A stretch of 64,000 nucleotides of DNA from contig OZ255842.1 of assembly GCA_965277805.1 (NCBI GenBank), forward strand, positions 3,328,001-3,392,000. Direction: 5' to 3'. Below the pieces are notes generated by a model, which made no database searches, was not told the DNA's origin, and saw nothing but the letters and a program-made list of their open reading frames with translations. Position 1 is the first letter of the stretch. Each line of letters opens with the position of its first letter. Positions 1 to 10,191 of this stretch are shown piece after piece. A program made the position numbers and the translations under genes. Source of the stretch: Candidatus Lustribacter sp. GTDB lineage: Bacteria > Vulcanimicrobiota > Vulcanimicrobiia > Vulcanimicrobiales > Vulcanimicrobiaceae.

Positions 1-1364
1 ACGTCGGCCGGCGTTCCGGGACCGAGAATTTGACCCGTATAGATCGTGGGATACAAGTCGATGTAGTGGCGCCCGATGCGGCCGGGCGCGCGAATCGTGA
101 TCGCGACGTCGCCTTGGCTGTTGAAGCCGCACGCGTAGCCCAAGTAGCCGTTGTCGAGATCGAGCGTATACGTGTTGCCGGTTTCCGACCAGCCGATGCC
201 GGTGAGATGAATCGACACCGGGTCGCCGGGGTGAACGGCGGCGGGCGCGATCGGATCGAGCTCCGGCAAAATCGAATATGCGACCGTCGCCTCAACCGAT
301 GCGTCGGGCCCGCTCGCGGCGCGCGCGACGATGTGGTGCGGACCTCCCAGATCCGCCGGCGTTTTCACGTGCAGCACGAACGCGCCGCCGGCGTCGCTGC
401 GCACGGTCGTGAGGGGACCGCGCTGCGTTTCCCAGCCGGTCGCGCTCAAGCGGTTTCCGACGACGGTCTCCCATTCGACCGCGATCGCGCTCGCGGGGGC
501 AAAGCCGCTGCCGTGCAGCGTGAGCGGGCTGCCGACGGCGCCGCTCGTGTAGTCGACATCGAGGTGCGGCGTGCCGGGTAGCGGCGGCGGATCGACCGCG
601 ACCGCGCGCGGCAAGGCTTGCGCAGCTGCCGGCGCTGTCGCGAGCGCCGGTCCGCCAACGATGCGGAAACGCGCCGCGAGAATCATCGGGATGATCGCCT
701 GATAGTCGGGGCTCTGCTGCAAGTTGAGGTAGGGGCCGGCGTGACCTTCGATCGCTTGCAGCGTGTGGAAACCGGGTTCACCGCTGGCGCGGATCGTCAC
801 GCGTGCCGTGCCGTGCGTCGTGATGCCGGAGAGCCAGCCGGTTTGCGCGCCGTCGTAGAGCAGATGCCACACGGCTTGATAGAAGCGGTAACCGATCCCG
901 GTCATCGTGATCGTGATCGGCGTGCCGGACGGACCGGAAACCGGTTGCATGGTCAGGTGCGGGATCACGGTGAAGCCCTGATGCGCGACAAGCGCGCCGC
1001 CGCTTTCGGGATGCAGTTCCACGTCGTGGATGTAACCGAAATCTTCCGGTACGGTGAAACGCGCGGTCAACGCTCCGGCGGCGTCGCTCGATGCGACCAG
1101 CAGCGTTTGCGCCGATTCGGGCGCAACGATGCCGTAGAACTTCGGGCCCTCGACGCGCCAGTTCGGACGCGCGCTGCGCCATACCAGCGCGAAGCGCGCC
1201 CCGGGCGGCAGGCCCGTGGCGCGTGCGATCACCGTCGTTCCGACCTTCGCCGCGACCGGTGCGAACGTCAGACGCGCCTCGCTACTCTGCGCGGTCGCAG
1301 CGGAAACGACGGCGCAGCACAGGGCTGCCGCCGCGGTTAGCACCGCGAGCGGCCGGCGAATCAT
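1..1364 (-). CDS. Secreted protein with repeated Ig/IPT-like beta-sandwich units (partial, runs off the left edge)
   Basis: ATG at 1364 overlaps the stop of 1361..1897 (ATGA). Hand translation gives MIRRPLAVLTAAAALCCAVVSAATAQ (signal peptide), then repeats KVGTTVIARATGLP, SGPSGTPITITMTGIG, SGAVGSPLTLHGSGF and HPGDPVSIHLTGIG. Open to position 1, so absent from the ORF track. Confidence 0.75.
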   Translation of the reverse strand, partial: MIRRPLAVLTAAAALCCAVVSAATAQSSEARLTFAPVAAKVGTTVIARATGLPPGARFALVWRSARPNWRVEGPKFYGIVAPESAQTLLVASSDAAGALTARFTVPEDFGYIHDVELHPESGGALVAHQGFTVIPHLTMQPVSGPSGTPITITMTGIGYRFYQAVWHLLYDGAQTGWLSGITTHGTARVTIRASGEPGFHTLQAIEGHAGPYLNLQQSPDYQAIIPMILAARFRIVGGPALATAPAAAQALPRAVAVDPPPLPGTPHLDVDYTSGAVGSPLTLHGSGFAPASAIAVEWETVVGNRLSATGWETQRGPLTTVRSDAGGAFVLHVKTPADLGGPHHIVARAASGPDASVEATVAYSILPELDPIAPAAVHPGDPVSIHLTGIGWSETGNTYTLDLDNGYLGYACGFNSQGDVAITIRAPGRIGRHYIDLYPTIYTGQILGPGTPAD

Positions 1365-1897
1365 TTCGCGGCCGCGGGGTCCGTCTTCGCGACGATCTGC
1401 AAAACGGCGACGCCGACTTCCTGACCGATCGGCGCGAACGCGGCGGTATGCCCCGCGTTGTCCGTGGCCGCGGCCGTCCAGGTGAGCGTGCCCGTCGGAT
1501 GGTCGTGCGAGACCGGGTACGCCGCTGCGAAGTAGAGGGCGTGGCTGGGCACCGGAACGTTCGGCGGCGGATGCGGCTGATACACGAGCGGGACCTTCGC
1601 GCCTTCACCGGTGGTGACGACGACTTTGACCCCGCGCTGCGTGATTTGCTCACCCGTTAGCGGGACGCCGTTCGCATCGGCCACCACGGCCCGGAAGATG
1701 ATCGTGTCGCCGGGCGCAAAGACGCTCTGCGTCACGCACAACGCGCCCTGCACGCCTTTGCCTTGCCGAGCGCTCGTGACGACGTCGGCATTGAGGCGCA
1801 GCGCCGCGGCACCCGGGGCCGATTGTGCGGAAGCGGGCAGCGCACCGGTACAAAGACCCAAGAATGCGGAGACGGCGAGGCCGATGAGAATTCGCAT
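1361..1897 (-). CDS. Secreted hypothetical protein (beta-sandwich-like)
   Basis: Signal peptide ending ASA-Q; beta-rich body (CVTQSVFAPGDTIIFRAVV); translationally coupled to the downstream gene. Confidence 0.75.
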   Translation of the reverse strand: MRILIGLAVSAFLGLCTGALPASAQSAPGAAALRLNADVVTSARQGKGVQGALCVTQSVFAPGDTIIFRAVVADANGVPLTGEQITQRGVKVVVTTGEGAKVPLVYQPHPPPNVPVPSHALYFAAAYPVSHDHPTGTLTWTAAATDNAGHTAAFAPIGQEVGVAVLQIVAKTDPAAAK

Positions 1898-1938
1898 GTG
1901 GCGATACTTGGTTCGGCCGACATGGAAACCTTCTGCCG

Positions 1939-2880
1939 TCAGGTCAATGCGGCCGGAATTTTCTCACGAAAATGTTCGAACGTGGCGCGCAGACCACTCG
2001 CGAGATCCGTCTCGGCCGTCCAGTCGAGTTCGCGCGCCGCCTTTGCGCAGTCGAAGTACACGTCCCGGATATCTCCCGGCCGTCGCGGCGCGTGATCGAT
2101 CGGCGCGCTGAACCCGCTGGCCGAACACAACGCCTCGTAGATCGCGTTGACCGACGTCTTCCGTCCGGTCCCGATCGCGTAGATCTCACCCGACCCGCGC
2201 TTGAGTGCGGCGAGGTTCGCGCGAACGACATCTCCCACGTACACGTAGTCGCGCGTCTGCTCGCCGTCCCAATCGATTCGCACGCCGTTTCGCGCAAGAA
2301 ATTTTCCGATGAAGATCGCGATGACTCCGGCTTCGCCGTTCGGGTCCTGCCGAGGTCCGTAGACGTTGCCGTAGCGCAGCGCGGTGAAGTCGAGCCCATG
2401 TTCGGCCTGATAGAAGCGCAGGTAGTGCTCCGCGACCATTTTGGTGATGCCGTATGGAGAGACCGGGCGCTGTGGTGAAGCCTCGGTCACCGGCAGTTGC
2501 GCGAGATCTCCGTACGTGGCGGCGCTCGATGCGAAGATCACCTTTCGCGTTCCGGACGCCACCGCGGCATCGAGCACGTTGAGCAATCCGATCACGTTCA
2601 CTCCGGCGTCGAATTGCGGATCGCGCGATCCGATTGCGACGCTGTGTTGCGCCGCATGGTGACAGACGATCTCCGGATTGAACTCGTGAAATATTCTTTT
2701 GACGCCGGCGTCGCGGATATCCAAGTGCACGAACGACGCGCGCGAGTCGACGTTTTCGCGCCGTCCGCCACCATGCTGCCACAGGTTGTCGATCACGACG
2801 ACGTCGTGCGAACGGGCAACGAGCGCATCGACGATGTGTGAGCCGATGAATCCGGCTCCGCCGGTGACGATTATCCGCAT
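1939..2880 (-). CDS. NAD-dependent epimerase/dehydratase (UDP-glucose 4-epimerase-like)
   Basis: TGGAGFIG, YGITK (YxxxK), RYGNVYGPRQ, QTRDYVYVGDV. Confidence 0.93.
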   Translation of the reverse strand: MRIIVTGGAGFIGSHIVDALVARSHDVVVIDNLWQHGGGRRENVDSRASFVHLDIRDAGVKRIFHEFNPEIVCHHAAQHSVAIGSRDPQFDAGVNVIGLLNVLDAAVASGTRKVIFASSAATYGDLAQLPVTEASPQRPVSPYGITKMVAEHYLRFYQAEHGLDFTALRYGNVYGPRQDPNGEAGVIAIFIGKFLARNGVRIDWDGEQTRDYVYVGDVVRANLAALKRGSGEIYAIGTGRKTSVNAIYEALCSASGFSAPIDHAPRRPGDIRDVYFDCAKAARELDWTAETDLASGLRATFEHFREKIPAALT

Positions 2881-2940
2881 GACAATAGATATTCACACCA
2901 AACGAAGGTAGCGCCAAGATGCTCGCGGCCCACACGTACT

Positions 2941-2954
2941 AGGACCTTCGTCCC
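2941..2954. promoter_or_regulatory. Putative NarL/DosR-like operator AGGAC-CTTC-GTCCC
   Basis: Near-perfect GGAC-N4-GTCC palindrome in the divergent epimerase/kinase intergenic region. Confidence 0.55.
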
Positions 2955-3096
2955 CATCAAATTCTTGGGCACGTAAACCTTTCGCCAAGCACGTTTCCCG
3001 GCGCATACCGATGCTGTACATATGTTCTGACGTGTTCCTAAATTGCGCATGGCTAGCGACTAACCGCTCATTAACTCACTCGGCGCGGACGCAGCG

Positions 3097-5022
3097 ATGA
3101 ACTTCCGGCGCTGGCTGGCGATTCTCGTGCTCGTACCGCTCGTTCTCGTCGTCTGCACAACCGCCGGCCTCATCGCCCTCGCTCAGGCAACGCGTCAAGC
3201 CGAAGGCGACGCCCAACGCGTCTCGGAGCTCTATTCGAGCGTCTCCGAACTCACGCTGAGCCTGCTGCAATTGGAGCTGCAAGCGCGAGCGTATGTCTCA
3301 ACCGGCGATGTTAGCGATCTCGACGCCTATGAGGGCACGCGCCAAGCCTTCGACTTCCAAATGACACATCTGTACGCCGACTCGCGTCCCGAACCGGTCC
3401 TCGCAGCTCAAGTTCCGGGGTTGGAACGCCTCGCTCGGCAGACGCTCGCGCAATTGGATGCGGCCGTGCGCACCCGGCAGGCAAGCCGGCTCCCGCAAAG
3501 CGATCGCGGCGGAACGGAAATGTTCTCGGTTGCTCAAAAACAATTCGCGGACACCGCGTATCAACTCCGCGCGCGCCGTCTGGGCGGGCTCACGCACCTT
3601 TGGGACGAAGGCGCGGCCCTCATCGCAGTGGCGCTCACGTGCGGTCTCTGCGTCACGATCGTCTTGGCAATCGTGGCGCGCCGTCATCTCGCGCGCCGGA
3701 TCGAGTACGTCGAGCGCCGGGCGCACGCATACGAGACGAAGGACGATGCGGCAGCCCTTCCCCCGGTCGGCGGCGGCGACGAAATCGCCCACCTCGACGA
3801 CGCGCTGCGAACGATGGCGTCGACCATCCGCACGCGGGAATCCGAGCTGCGGGTCGCGCTGGGCGAAGCCGAGGCGGCCTCACGGGCGAAGTCGGCATTC
3901 GTCGCAACGATCAGCCACGAAATCCGGACCCCGCTCAACGGCGTGATCGGGATGAGCGAGCTGTTGGCGGAAGCCGACCTCGCGCCGCCGCTCCGCGAAT
4001 ACGTTGAAACCATCAGTACGTCGAGCAAGCTGCTGCTCGAGCTGATCAACGGCATCCTCGACTTCTCGAAGCTGTCGGCGGGGGCGCTGACGCTAAACGC
4101 CGGCCCGGTCATGGTCGAGCCGCTCGTTCGCGAAACGGCTGCGCTTTTTTCGCGGCAAGCGCGGGACGCGGGCCTGGATTTGCGCGTCGACATTGCGGCA
4201 AACGTCCCCCTGACGGTGGACGCCGACGCGTTGCGCTTGCGGCAGATTCTCGCCAATCTCATCGGAAATGCCGTGAAGTTTACGCCGGCCGGGTCCGTCA
4301 CGGTCTCGGTCGCAGGGGGCCCGATCATCGACGAACGGTCGACGCTGTGCTTCGACGTGATCGATACCGGGGTCGGAATAGACCCCTCGATGCAAGAGAC
4401 GATCTTCGAGCCCTTTCGGCAAGCCGACATGTCCACGACCCGCCGCTTCGGCGGCACGGGACTCGGACTATCGATCTCGCGCCACCTGGCCGCGATGATG
4501 AACGGCTCGATCGCGGTACGCAGCACCCCCGGCTCGGGCACGACCTTCTCCCTCAGCGTCCCGTTACGCGTCCTCTCGGCCGTTGCCGCCGCGTCGCCGG
4601 CCGGCGGCCCTCCATCGAACGCCGCCGGCGACGAGCGCCACGAAGCCGTCCTGCTGGTCGAGGACAACGAAGTCAACCAACGCGTCGCCACGCGCATGCT
4701 GCAGCGTTTGGGGCTCCACAGCGACGTCGCAGCCAACGGCAGCGAAGCGCTTGGCAGGCTGGAACGTTCGCGCTACGACCTCGTCTTCATGGATTTGCAG
4801 ATGCCGGTGATGGACGGCTTTGAAGCATCAACGGAACTGCGGCGCCGGGAGCAAGCGACCGGCGGACACGTTCCGATCATTGCAATGACCGCCAACGCGC
4901 TGCCGGAGGACCGGGAGGCCTGTTTCGCAGCCGGCATGGACGACCACGTTGCCAAGCCGGTGACGCTCGCCGAACTGCGCCGCGTCGTGCAGCGATGGCT
5001 TCCGGAACACGCCGACGCATGA
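3097..5022 (+). CDS. Hybrid sensor histidine kinase (TM-CHASE3-like-TM-HAMP-HisKA-HATPase-REC)
   Basis: [11 protein letters not shown]-box, [26 protein letters not shown] with VEDN, FMDLQMP, AKP. Confidence 0.95.
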   Translation: MNFRRWLAILVLVPLVLVVCTTAGLIALAQATRQAEGDAQRVSELYSSVSELTLSLLQLELQARAYVSTGDVSDLDAYEGTRQAFDFQMTHLYADSRPEPVLAAQVPGLERLARQTLAQLDAAVRTRQASRLPQSDRGGTEMFSVAQKQFADTAYQLRARRLGGLTHLWDEGAALIAVALTCGLCVTIVLAIVARRHLARRIEYVERRAHAYETKDDAAALPPVGGGDEIAHLDDALRTMASTIRTRESELRVALGEAEAASRAKSAFVATISHEIRTPLNGVIGMSELLAEADLAPPLREYVETISTSSKLLLELINGILDFSKLSAGALTLNAGPVMVEPLVRETAALFSRQARDAGLDLRVDIAANVPLTVDADALRLRQILANLIGNAVKFTPAGSVTVSVAGGPIIDERSTLCFDVIDTGVGIDPSMQETIFEPFRQADMSTTRRFGGTGLGLSISRHLAAMMNGSIAVRSTPGSGTTFSLSVPLRVLSAVAAASPAGGPPSNAAGDERHEAVLLVEDNEVNQRVATRMLQRLGLHSDVAANGSEALGRLERSRYDLVFMDLQMPVMDGFEASTELRRREQATGGHVPIIAMTANALPEDREACFAAGMDDHVAKPVTLAELRRVVQRWLPEHADA

Positions 5023-5231
5023 AAGAAACGAAAGGATCAGCCGTGAAAATTTCTGATATCGCCCGGTTACTTGGTAGGCCGGAGGTCCAACAGCACGATC
5101 GCGCAGCTATACATCGGTGCTACTGGCGTTGCGGGTGTGAAGCCGTCAACGTCCGCGGTCTCTGTTACGAGGAGGGCTGGTCGTTCATGCCGTGCAGCCG
5201 GCATCCGTCCGCCGCCTGCGGTTCGTCCTAG
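5019..5231 (+). CDS. Small Cys/His-rich protein (WxCGC...CxxH)
   Basis: ATGA overlap with the kinase stop; motifs WRCGC and CSRH shared with 45650..45940 and 52368..52661. Confidence 0.55.
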   Translation: MKETKGSAVKISDIARLLGRPEVQQHDRAAIHRCYWRCGCEAVNVRGLCYEEGWSFMPCSRHPSAACGSS

Positions 5232-5788
5232 GCGTCGCCGCTGTGATCGGTTTCACGGTCGAGCACGCGGACCAGCAGCTCTGAGCGCGATTTCGTTCCG
5301 GCCTTCCGCAGAATGTTCTTCACATGGTCGCCAACCGTGCCCTCGCTGATGAACAGATCGGCCGCGATTCGGGGGCTGCTGTAGCCCTTCAGGATGAATC
5401 CGAGAACTTCGCTTTCCCGGTTGGTCAACTTGAATCTCTTGCTCGCCAATGCAAGCGAGTTACTGCGCGCCCCGATGTCCTCGAGAAACGCCGCCACGTA
5501 GCCGTCGAGCTCTCCGGTGAGCGGGACCACGCGAAGCATCAGACCGGCCCCGAGTTCTTCATAGGCCGGCTCGCGGAACGCGCCGGCCAGTTTGCGTTCC
5601 CTCAGATGCGCCAGGCTTGCCCCCAGAAGCTTGCTGTTGACCAGATTCGGCGAGGAAAATTCCACTTGACCGCTGCGGTTCACGATGAAAAATTTCGGCG
5701 CATCCCGGCGCTGCAAGCGTGCGAGCGCCCGCTCGCCACGCGAGTTCACTGGCTCCTCATATTCATCGGATCTGCGGGCGATAGACAC
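5228..5788 (-). CDS. LuxR-family HTH regulator with a non-REC (PAS-like) N-terminus
   Basis: LTNRESEVL...IAADLFISEGTVGDHVKNILRK...SRSEL. Confidence 0.88.
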   Translation of the reverse strand: MSIARRSDEYEEPVNSRGERALARLQRRDAPKFFIVNRSGQVEFSSPNLVNSKLLGASLAHLRERKLAGAFREPAYEELGAGLMLRVVPLTGELDGYVAAFLEDIGARSNSLALASKRFKLTNRESEVLGFILKGYSSPRIAADLFISEGTVGDHVKNILRKAGTKSRSELLVRVLDRETDHSGDA

Positions 5789-5980
5789 TGACTCAGCAAC
5801 TCTCCATTAGAACCGACCCTCGTACGGCAACAATGCTGCGCATTGTATACGGTTCCTACCGCACGAACGTCCCGACTCGTTGAGTAAGGCGCATTCTTTT
5901 GCCCATTCAGCGTGCCGCGAAACGCGCGTAAGGCTGGGATGGATGGCTACAGCGTAATGCTTTTGTATGGACCGTTGCAA

Positions 5981-5994
5981 TGGACTATTGACCC
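5981..5994. promoter_or_regulatory. Putative NarL/DosR-like operator TGGAC-TATT-GACCC
   Basis: Matches the recurrent box; lies in the divergent luxR / response regulator intergenic region. Confidence 0.4.
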
Positions 5995-6148
5995 AAGCAA
6001 CGCGCAGACAAATGGGCATTTTCAGTGCCAATATCCCGTGTTCGGGGGAGTGCGCGCGATATCTGGTCCCGGGTATTTAGTTACATATCTTCCTGCAACG
6101 CGACGTACCTAACGTCGCAGGTCCACCTAAATTCCTAGGAGCCTACAA

Positions 6149-6787
6149 ATGCCGCCGCAACTGACAAATCGCACGCTGATCATTGAAAGCCAAGCTCTCT
6201 TCGCGAAGGCACTGGCTCAAGTGCTCTCACTGGATTCGTCGATAGAAGTCGTCGGCGATGCCGTTTCGGTAAGCGAAGCCTACATCGCCTCGACGCGTCC
6301 GGATATTATCCTGATCGATATCGACGGCGGCCTCGTCGATCTAACCGAAGCGGTAACGTGCAGTCGCAAAGTATCGCCGAATGTGAAAATTTGCACCTTG
6401 TCGATGCACTTGCAACCCGACGTAATGCAACGTTGTCTCAACGCCGGCGTCGACGGTTATATCGTCAAGGACGTTTCGCCTAACGAATTCATGCGCGCCA
6501 TCAAATCGGTCGCATCGGGCGAAACCTACGTCGACCCGCGCATCGCCGGTCGTCTGCTGCGCAGGCGATCGAGCCCCCAGCGTTACCCCGATCCCTGCGA
6601 TCTTTCGATGCGCGAAGTCGAAGTCGTCCGGTTGATCGTCGCCGGGATGTCGAACAAGGAAATCAGTTCGAACCTGCACCTCTCCGAAAAAACGATCAAA
6701 AATCACGTCAGCCGGATCTTTACCAAGTTCAATTGTACGGCGCGCACGCAGGCAGCAGTATATGCGCTGCGCTCGGGGTTAGTCTGA
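6149..6787 (+). CDS. NarL/FixJ-family response regulator (REC + LuxR HTH)
   Basis: AGGAG RBS; DIILIDID, YIVKD, GMSNKEISSNLHLSEKTIKNHVSRIFTK, RTQAAVYA. Confidence 0.95.
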   Translation: MPPQLTNRTLIIESQALFAKALAQVLSLDSSIEVVGDAVSVSEAYIASTRPDIILIDIDGGLVDLTEAVTCSRKVSPNVKICTLSMHLQPDVMQRCLNAGVDGYIVKDVSPNEFMRAIKSVASGETYVDPRIAGRLLRRRSSPQRYPDPCDLSMREVEVVRLIVAGMSNKEISSNLHLSEKTIKNHVSRIFTKFNCTARTQAAVYALRSGLV

Positions 6788-6802
6788 ACGCGGGGTTAAG
6801 GG

Positions 6803-6816
6803 TTACCAAAAGTCCC
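6803..6816. promoter_or_regulatory. Putative NarL/DosR-like operator (reverse GGGAC-TTTT-GGTAA)
   Basis: One perfect half-site with an AT spacer, about 70 nt upstream of 6888. Confidence 0.35.
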
Positions 6817-6887
6817 TTGTGCGATGCACCGCATGTGCGTAACGTCACATCGTGCATCCACCCTCAACTCGCGAAGCCTCCGGGAAT

Positions 6888-7304
6888 ATGAAGTCGATCC
6901 CACTCGGGATCATTGAGCCGCAGCGACTCTTCGCACCGTTCCTGAACCAGGTGCTATCCGAAGCCGGCTTCAGCGTCGTCATCTCGCTCGAAAGCCTTTC
7001 GCTCGACGAACTCGGGCGCAACGAACCGACGGTGGTATTCATCGATATCGACTTCATCGAAGTTGATCCGATCAATGCACTGCGCCAAATACGGCAGATC
7101 GTACCCAACGCTACGGTCTGCGCGTATACCGGCCGCGCCGACGAAGGCTGGGCGGCAGCGTGTATTCGGGCCGGCGCCAACTGCGTGATCAGCAAATCTG
7201 CTGCACCCACGGAGATCGTGGCCGGCATTCAGCGCGCGATGCGCGTCGGGTCGTACGTCGATCGCCGCTTCGACGGCGAAGACGAGTCCTCCGAAGAAAT
7301 TTAG
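6888..7304 (+). CDS. Stand-alone receiver-domain protein (NarL-type REC, no output domain)
   Basis: GIIEPQ, VVFIDID, CAYTG, VISKS, GSYVD; resembles the REC of 6149..6787. Confidence 0.85.
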   Translation: MKSIPLGIIEPQRLFAPFLNQVLSEAGFSVVISLESLSLDELGRNEPTVVFIDIDFIEVDPINALRQIRQIVPNATVCAYTGRADEGWAAACIRAGANCVISKSAAPTEIVAGIQRAMRVGSYVDRRFDGEDESSEEI

Positions 7305-7340
7305 TCGCAACCGTTACGGTCGAAAAGTCGTGCCGCCCTT

Positions 7341-7354
7341 AGGACGTTCGACTC
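7341..7354. promoter_or_regulatory. Putative NarL/DosR-like operator AGGAC-GTTC-GACTC
   Basis: Box just upstream of the priming glycosyltransferase. Confidence 0.4.
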
Positions 7355-7381
7355 TCTAAGCCTCACTGTCACTGCGCTACG

Positions 7382-8875
7382 ATGGGTGCCTCTACCCGAA
7401 CGACGCAGGGACCACACGTGAGCGCAAGTGTCAGTGGAGAAGCGACCACTTCTTACCACACTCCGAGCCTAACCATTGCGCCGACCAAACGCCGGCCGAA
7501 AGTTTTCGGTCGCCGCTGGGCGGCATTGCTCGTCGTCACCGACGTCACGATGTTTCTCTTGGCAGCCCTGACGGCAACCGAAATCGTCAAAGCCGGCAGC
7601 TACGTGCCGGCACCGGCCGACAGCATCCTGGTATCGACGATGATCTATGCGGCCTTCTGGCTCATCATCTTCGAACGTCTGGGACTGTATCGCCAATCGT
7701 TCGCGACGACGGTCAAGGACGAAATCTACTATACGGCCGCGGCGCTCGCGCTCGGCGCGCTACCGCAGTTTCTGCTCTTCACCTTCGTGCCGTCCGTATC
7801 GTCGTCGCGCTCCGTGCTGCTATTATCCGTGGCCATCGCTTCGGTGACAGTCGGGACCACTCGAGCCCTATTGCACCTTTCGCGCGCTCGTCTCAGCGAA
7901 CAATTTCCGCCGCGCATCGCCGTCGTCGGTCACGCCTCGCGGCTCGACTCGGCGTTGCAATCGCTCAATTTTCCGCCCAGCACGCGCGTGCTGCCCTTGA
8001 TCGAGCCCGACGTCGAGTCGACCTTGCTCGATCTCAACCTCACGCAAGACGAAAACCTCAACCGCGTGCCGTGGCTGCGCCAAGCGCGGGCCTGGGGCGC
8101 CGACACGATCCTCATGACCGAGATCCTGCCGCCGCACGTGTTGCCGCTACTGCTGGAAACCACGGCCCGGGACCGCATTAAAATCGCGTTTGCTCCGCCG
8201 CGCCTGTGCGCCCATGCCTATGAGTACACGCTCCGCACCGACGGTCATCAAGCGCTCATCGTGCCCTTCCGGCTCAGCGCGTGCCGTCCGATTGCGCGCG
8301 TCACCAAGCGCGCCTTCGATCTCGTTCTTGCCTCGGTCGCACTGATCGTCGCGACGCCGGTGATGCTGGCGGCGGCGGTGGCTATTTTGATCGATTCCGG
8401 CCACCCCATTTTCTTCACCCAGTCGCGCGTCGGGCGCAACGGCCAGGTGTTCGAAGTCCTGAAATTCCGCACGATGCGCGTCGACGCCGAAGGCGTGTCC
8501 GGTCCGGTTTGGGCGAGCGCGCGCGATCCGCGCAAAACTCGCCTCGGCTCGTTCTTACGCCGCACGAGCATCGATGAACTACCGCAGATCTTGAACGTGC
8601 TGCGCGGTGAGATGTCGATCGTCGGTCCGCGACCGGAACGCCCGGTTTTCGTGGAAGACTTTCGCCGCCAGCTGCCGCGCTACGACGAACGCCACCTCGT
8701 CCGCCCGGGGATCACCGGTTGGTCGCAAGTACACATGAAACGCGTGCTGTCCGTGAGCGACGTTTCGGAGAAACTAAGCCACGATCTGTTTTACGTCGAG
8801 AACTGGTCCTTCTTCATGGACGTGTCCGTCGTCGTGAAGACGGCAGCGGAGTTTTTGTTTCACCGGGCGGCGTAA
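7382..8875 (+). CDS. Polyprenyl-phosphate priming sugar transferase (WcaJ/CpsE family)
   Basis: KRAFDLV, KFRTM, RRTSIDELPQILNVLRGEMSIVGPRPE, RPGITGWSQV, DLFYVENWS. Start could be the GTG at 7418. Confidence 0.95.
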   Translation: MGASTRTTQGPHVSASVSGEATTSYHTPSLTIAPTKRRPKVFGRRWAALLVVTDVTMFLLAALTATEIVKAGSYVPAPADSILVSTMIYAAFWLIIFERLGLYRQSFATTVKDEIYYTAAALALGALPQFLLFTFVPSVSSSRSVLLLSVAIASVTVGTTRALLHLSRARLSEQFPPRIAVVGHASRLDSALQSLNFPPSTRVLPLIEPDVESTLLDLNLTQDENLNRVPWLRQARAWGADTILMTEILPPHVLPLLLETTARDRIKIAFAPPRLCAHAYEYTLRTDGHQALIVPFRLSACRPIARVTKRAFDLVLASVALIVATPVMLAAAVAILIDSGHPIFFTQSRVGRNGQVFEVLKFRTMRVDAEGVSGPVWASARDPRKTRLGSFLRRTSIDELPQILNVLRGEMSIVGPRPERPVFVEDFRRQLPRYDERHLVRPGITGWSQVHMKRVLSVSDVSEKLSHDLFYVENWSFFMDVSVVVKTAAEFLFHRAA

Positions 8876-10191
8876 TGCCGCGGTCCGGAGCGCCCGGCCT
8901 AGCCAGCCAAGCAGGGCTGGTCTTCTTCGGAAATTCGAGCGGCTACCTCGTTGCGATCGTGACCGGCATCGTCGTGGCGCGCACGCTCGGCCCCGCCGGC
9001 AAAGGCGTCGCGGCATATGCCATGCTCGTAATGTCCGTGTTTACGACGTTCGGCAGCGGCGTACAGTCCGGCATCATGCATGCTTGCGGACGTAACGCGC
9101 AGCCGCAAATCATCGCCTACGGAACCGCCCTGCGGCTGCTCGGGCTCGTGATGCTTCCGGCCGCCCTCGCCCTCGGTGTGGCCGCCGTGGTCGACCCGCA
9201 ACACGCCTCGTTGGCGTATGTGGCCTGCGCGGTCCCGTTTGCCGTCTACTGTCAGATCGCCAATGCCATCTTCATGCTGCACGGCGACATCCGTTCGACC
9301 GTCATCCAAGCCGCGATACCGCCGTTCGGCGTCGCCCTATTCACGATTCCGGCGCTGACGCTCCTTCACGGTGGTTTATCGGCGGTATTGGGTATTTGGT
9401 CCCTCATGTTTGCGGTGTCCGCCTGCTACGCGATGGTCCGACTGGGCCACTACCTGCCCCCCCTCACGCTTGCGGGCGGCCGCGACGCGCTCAGGGACCA
9501 GGCCTTGTACGGGCTAAAAAGCGGCGCGACATCGCTGGCTGGTTTTCTCAACTTGCGCGTCGACGTCTTTGTGATCGGCGCGATGCTCGACGCACGTACG
9601 CTGGGTATATACAGCCTCGCAGTGGCGACCGGCGAGCTGATGTGGCAGTTGAGCCGCCCGCTCGCGTTCAGCGCGATGGGCCGCGTCGCGGCCGCCGACC
9701 GCGAGCAGGCGATAGCGCTGACCTCCACCATCACGCGTTCAATCGTCGCGCTCGAAGCCGGACTCGGTGCACTGCTCTTTCTCGTCGCCCCCGCGGCAAT
9801 TGCGCTGGTGTATGGCCGGCAATATGCCGAATCGGCCACGATCGTTCGCGCGCTCATCCCCGGGCTTATCCTATATGCTGCGCAAATGCCGCTCGGGTTC
9901 TTCGTTTCGGCCAAAGATGGGAGGCCGTTCGCAATGCTGACGGTTCAAACGGTCTCTGTCTTTGCATGTGCGGCAATCAGCGTCCTCACGATCCCGTATC
10001 TGAACGTCCTCGGCGCCGCACTTGCTACCGTCGTGACCTATGGCGCAACCTGGTTTGCGACAGCGCTCCTCTTTGCGCACAGCACCGGCACGCCGTTGGC
10101 ACGCTTCACGTTCGTACGTGGCCCCGACCTCGAGCACGTCGGGCAGATGCTGCGGAGGCTCCTGCAGCCTCGCCGGGTCGCGGCGCAGTGA
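8875..10191 (+). CDS. Wzx-like oligosaccharide flippase 1
   Basis: TAATG coupling; about 12 TM segments; ARTLGPAGKG, NLRVDVFVIG...LGIYSLAV. Confidence 0.88.
   Translation: MPRSGAPGLASQAGLVFFGNSSGYLVAIVTGIVVARTLGPAGKGVAAYAMLVMSVFTTFGSGVQSGIMHACGRNAQPQIIAYGTALRLLGLVMLPAALALGVAAVVDPQHASLAYVACAVPFAVYCQIANAIFMLHGDIRSTVIQAAIPPFGVALFTIPALTLLHGGLSAVLGIWSLMFAVSACYAMVRLGHYLPPLTLAGGRDALRDQALYGLKSGATSLAGFLNLRVDVFVIGAMLDARTLGIYSLAVATGELMWQLSRPLAFSAMGRVAAADREQAIALTSTITRSIVALEAGLGALLFLVAPAAIALVYGRQYAESATIVRALIPGLILYAAQMPLGFFVSAKDGRPFAMLTVQTVSVFACAAISVLTIPYLNVLGAALATVVTYGATWFATALLFAHSTGTPLARFTFVRGPDLEHVGQMLRRLLQPRRVAAQ

Noticed and set aside
9396-10190. N-terminal 265 aa of the 688-aa ORF
   Set aside because: Overlaps wzx1 in another frame; the real start is the coupled ATG at 10191, followed by a hydrophobic leader.
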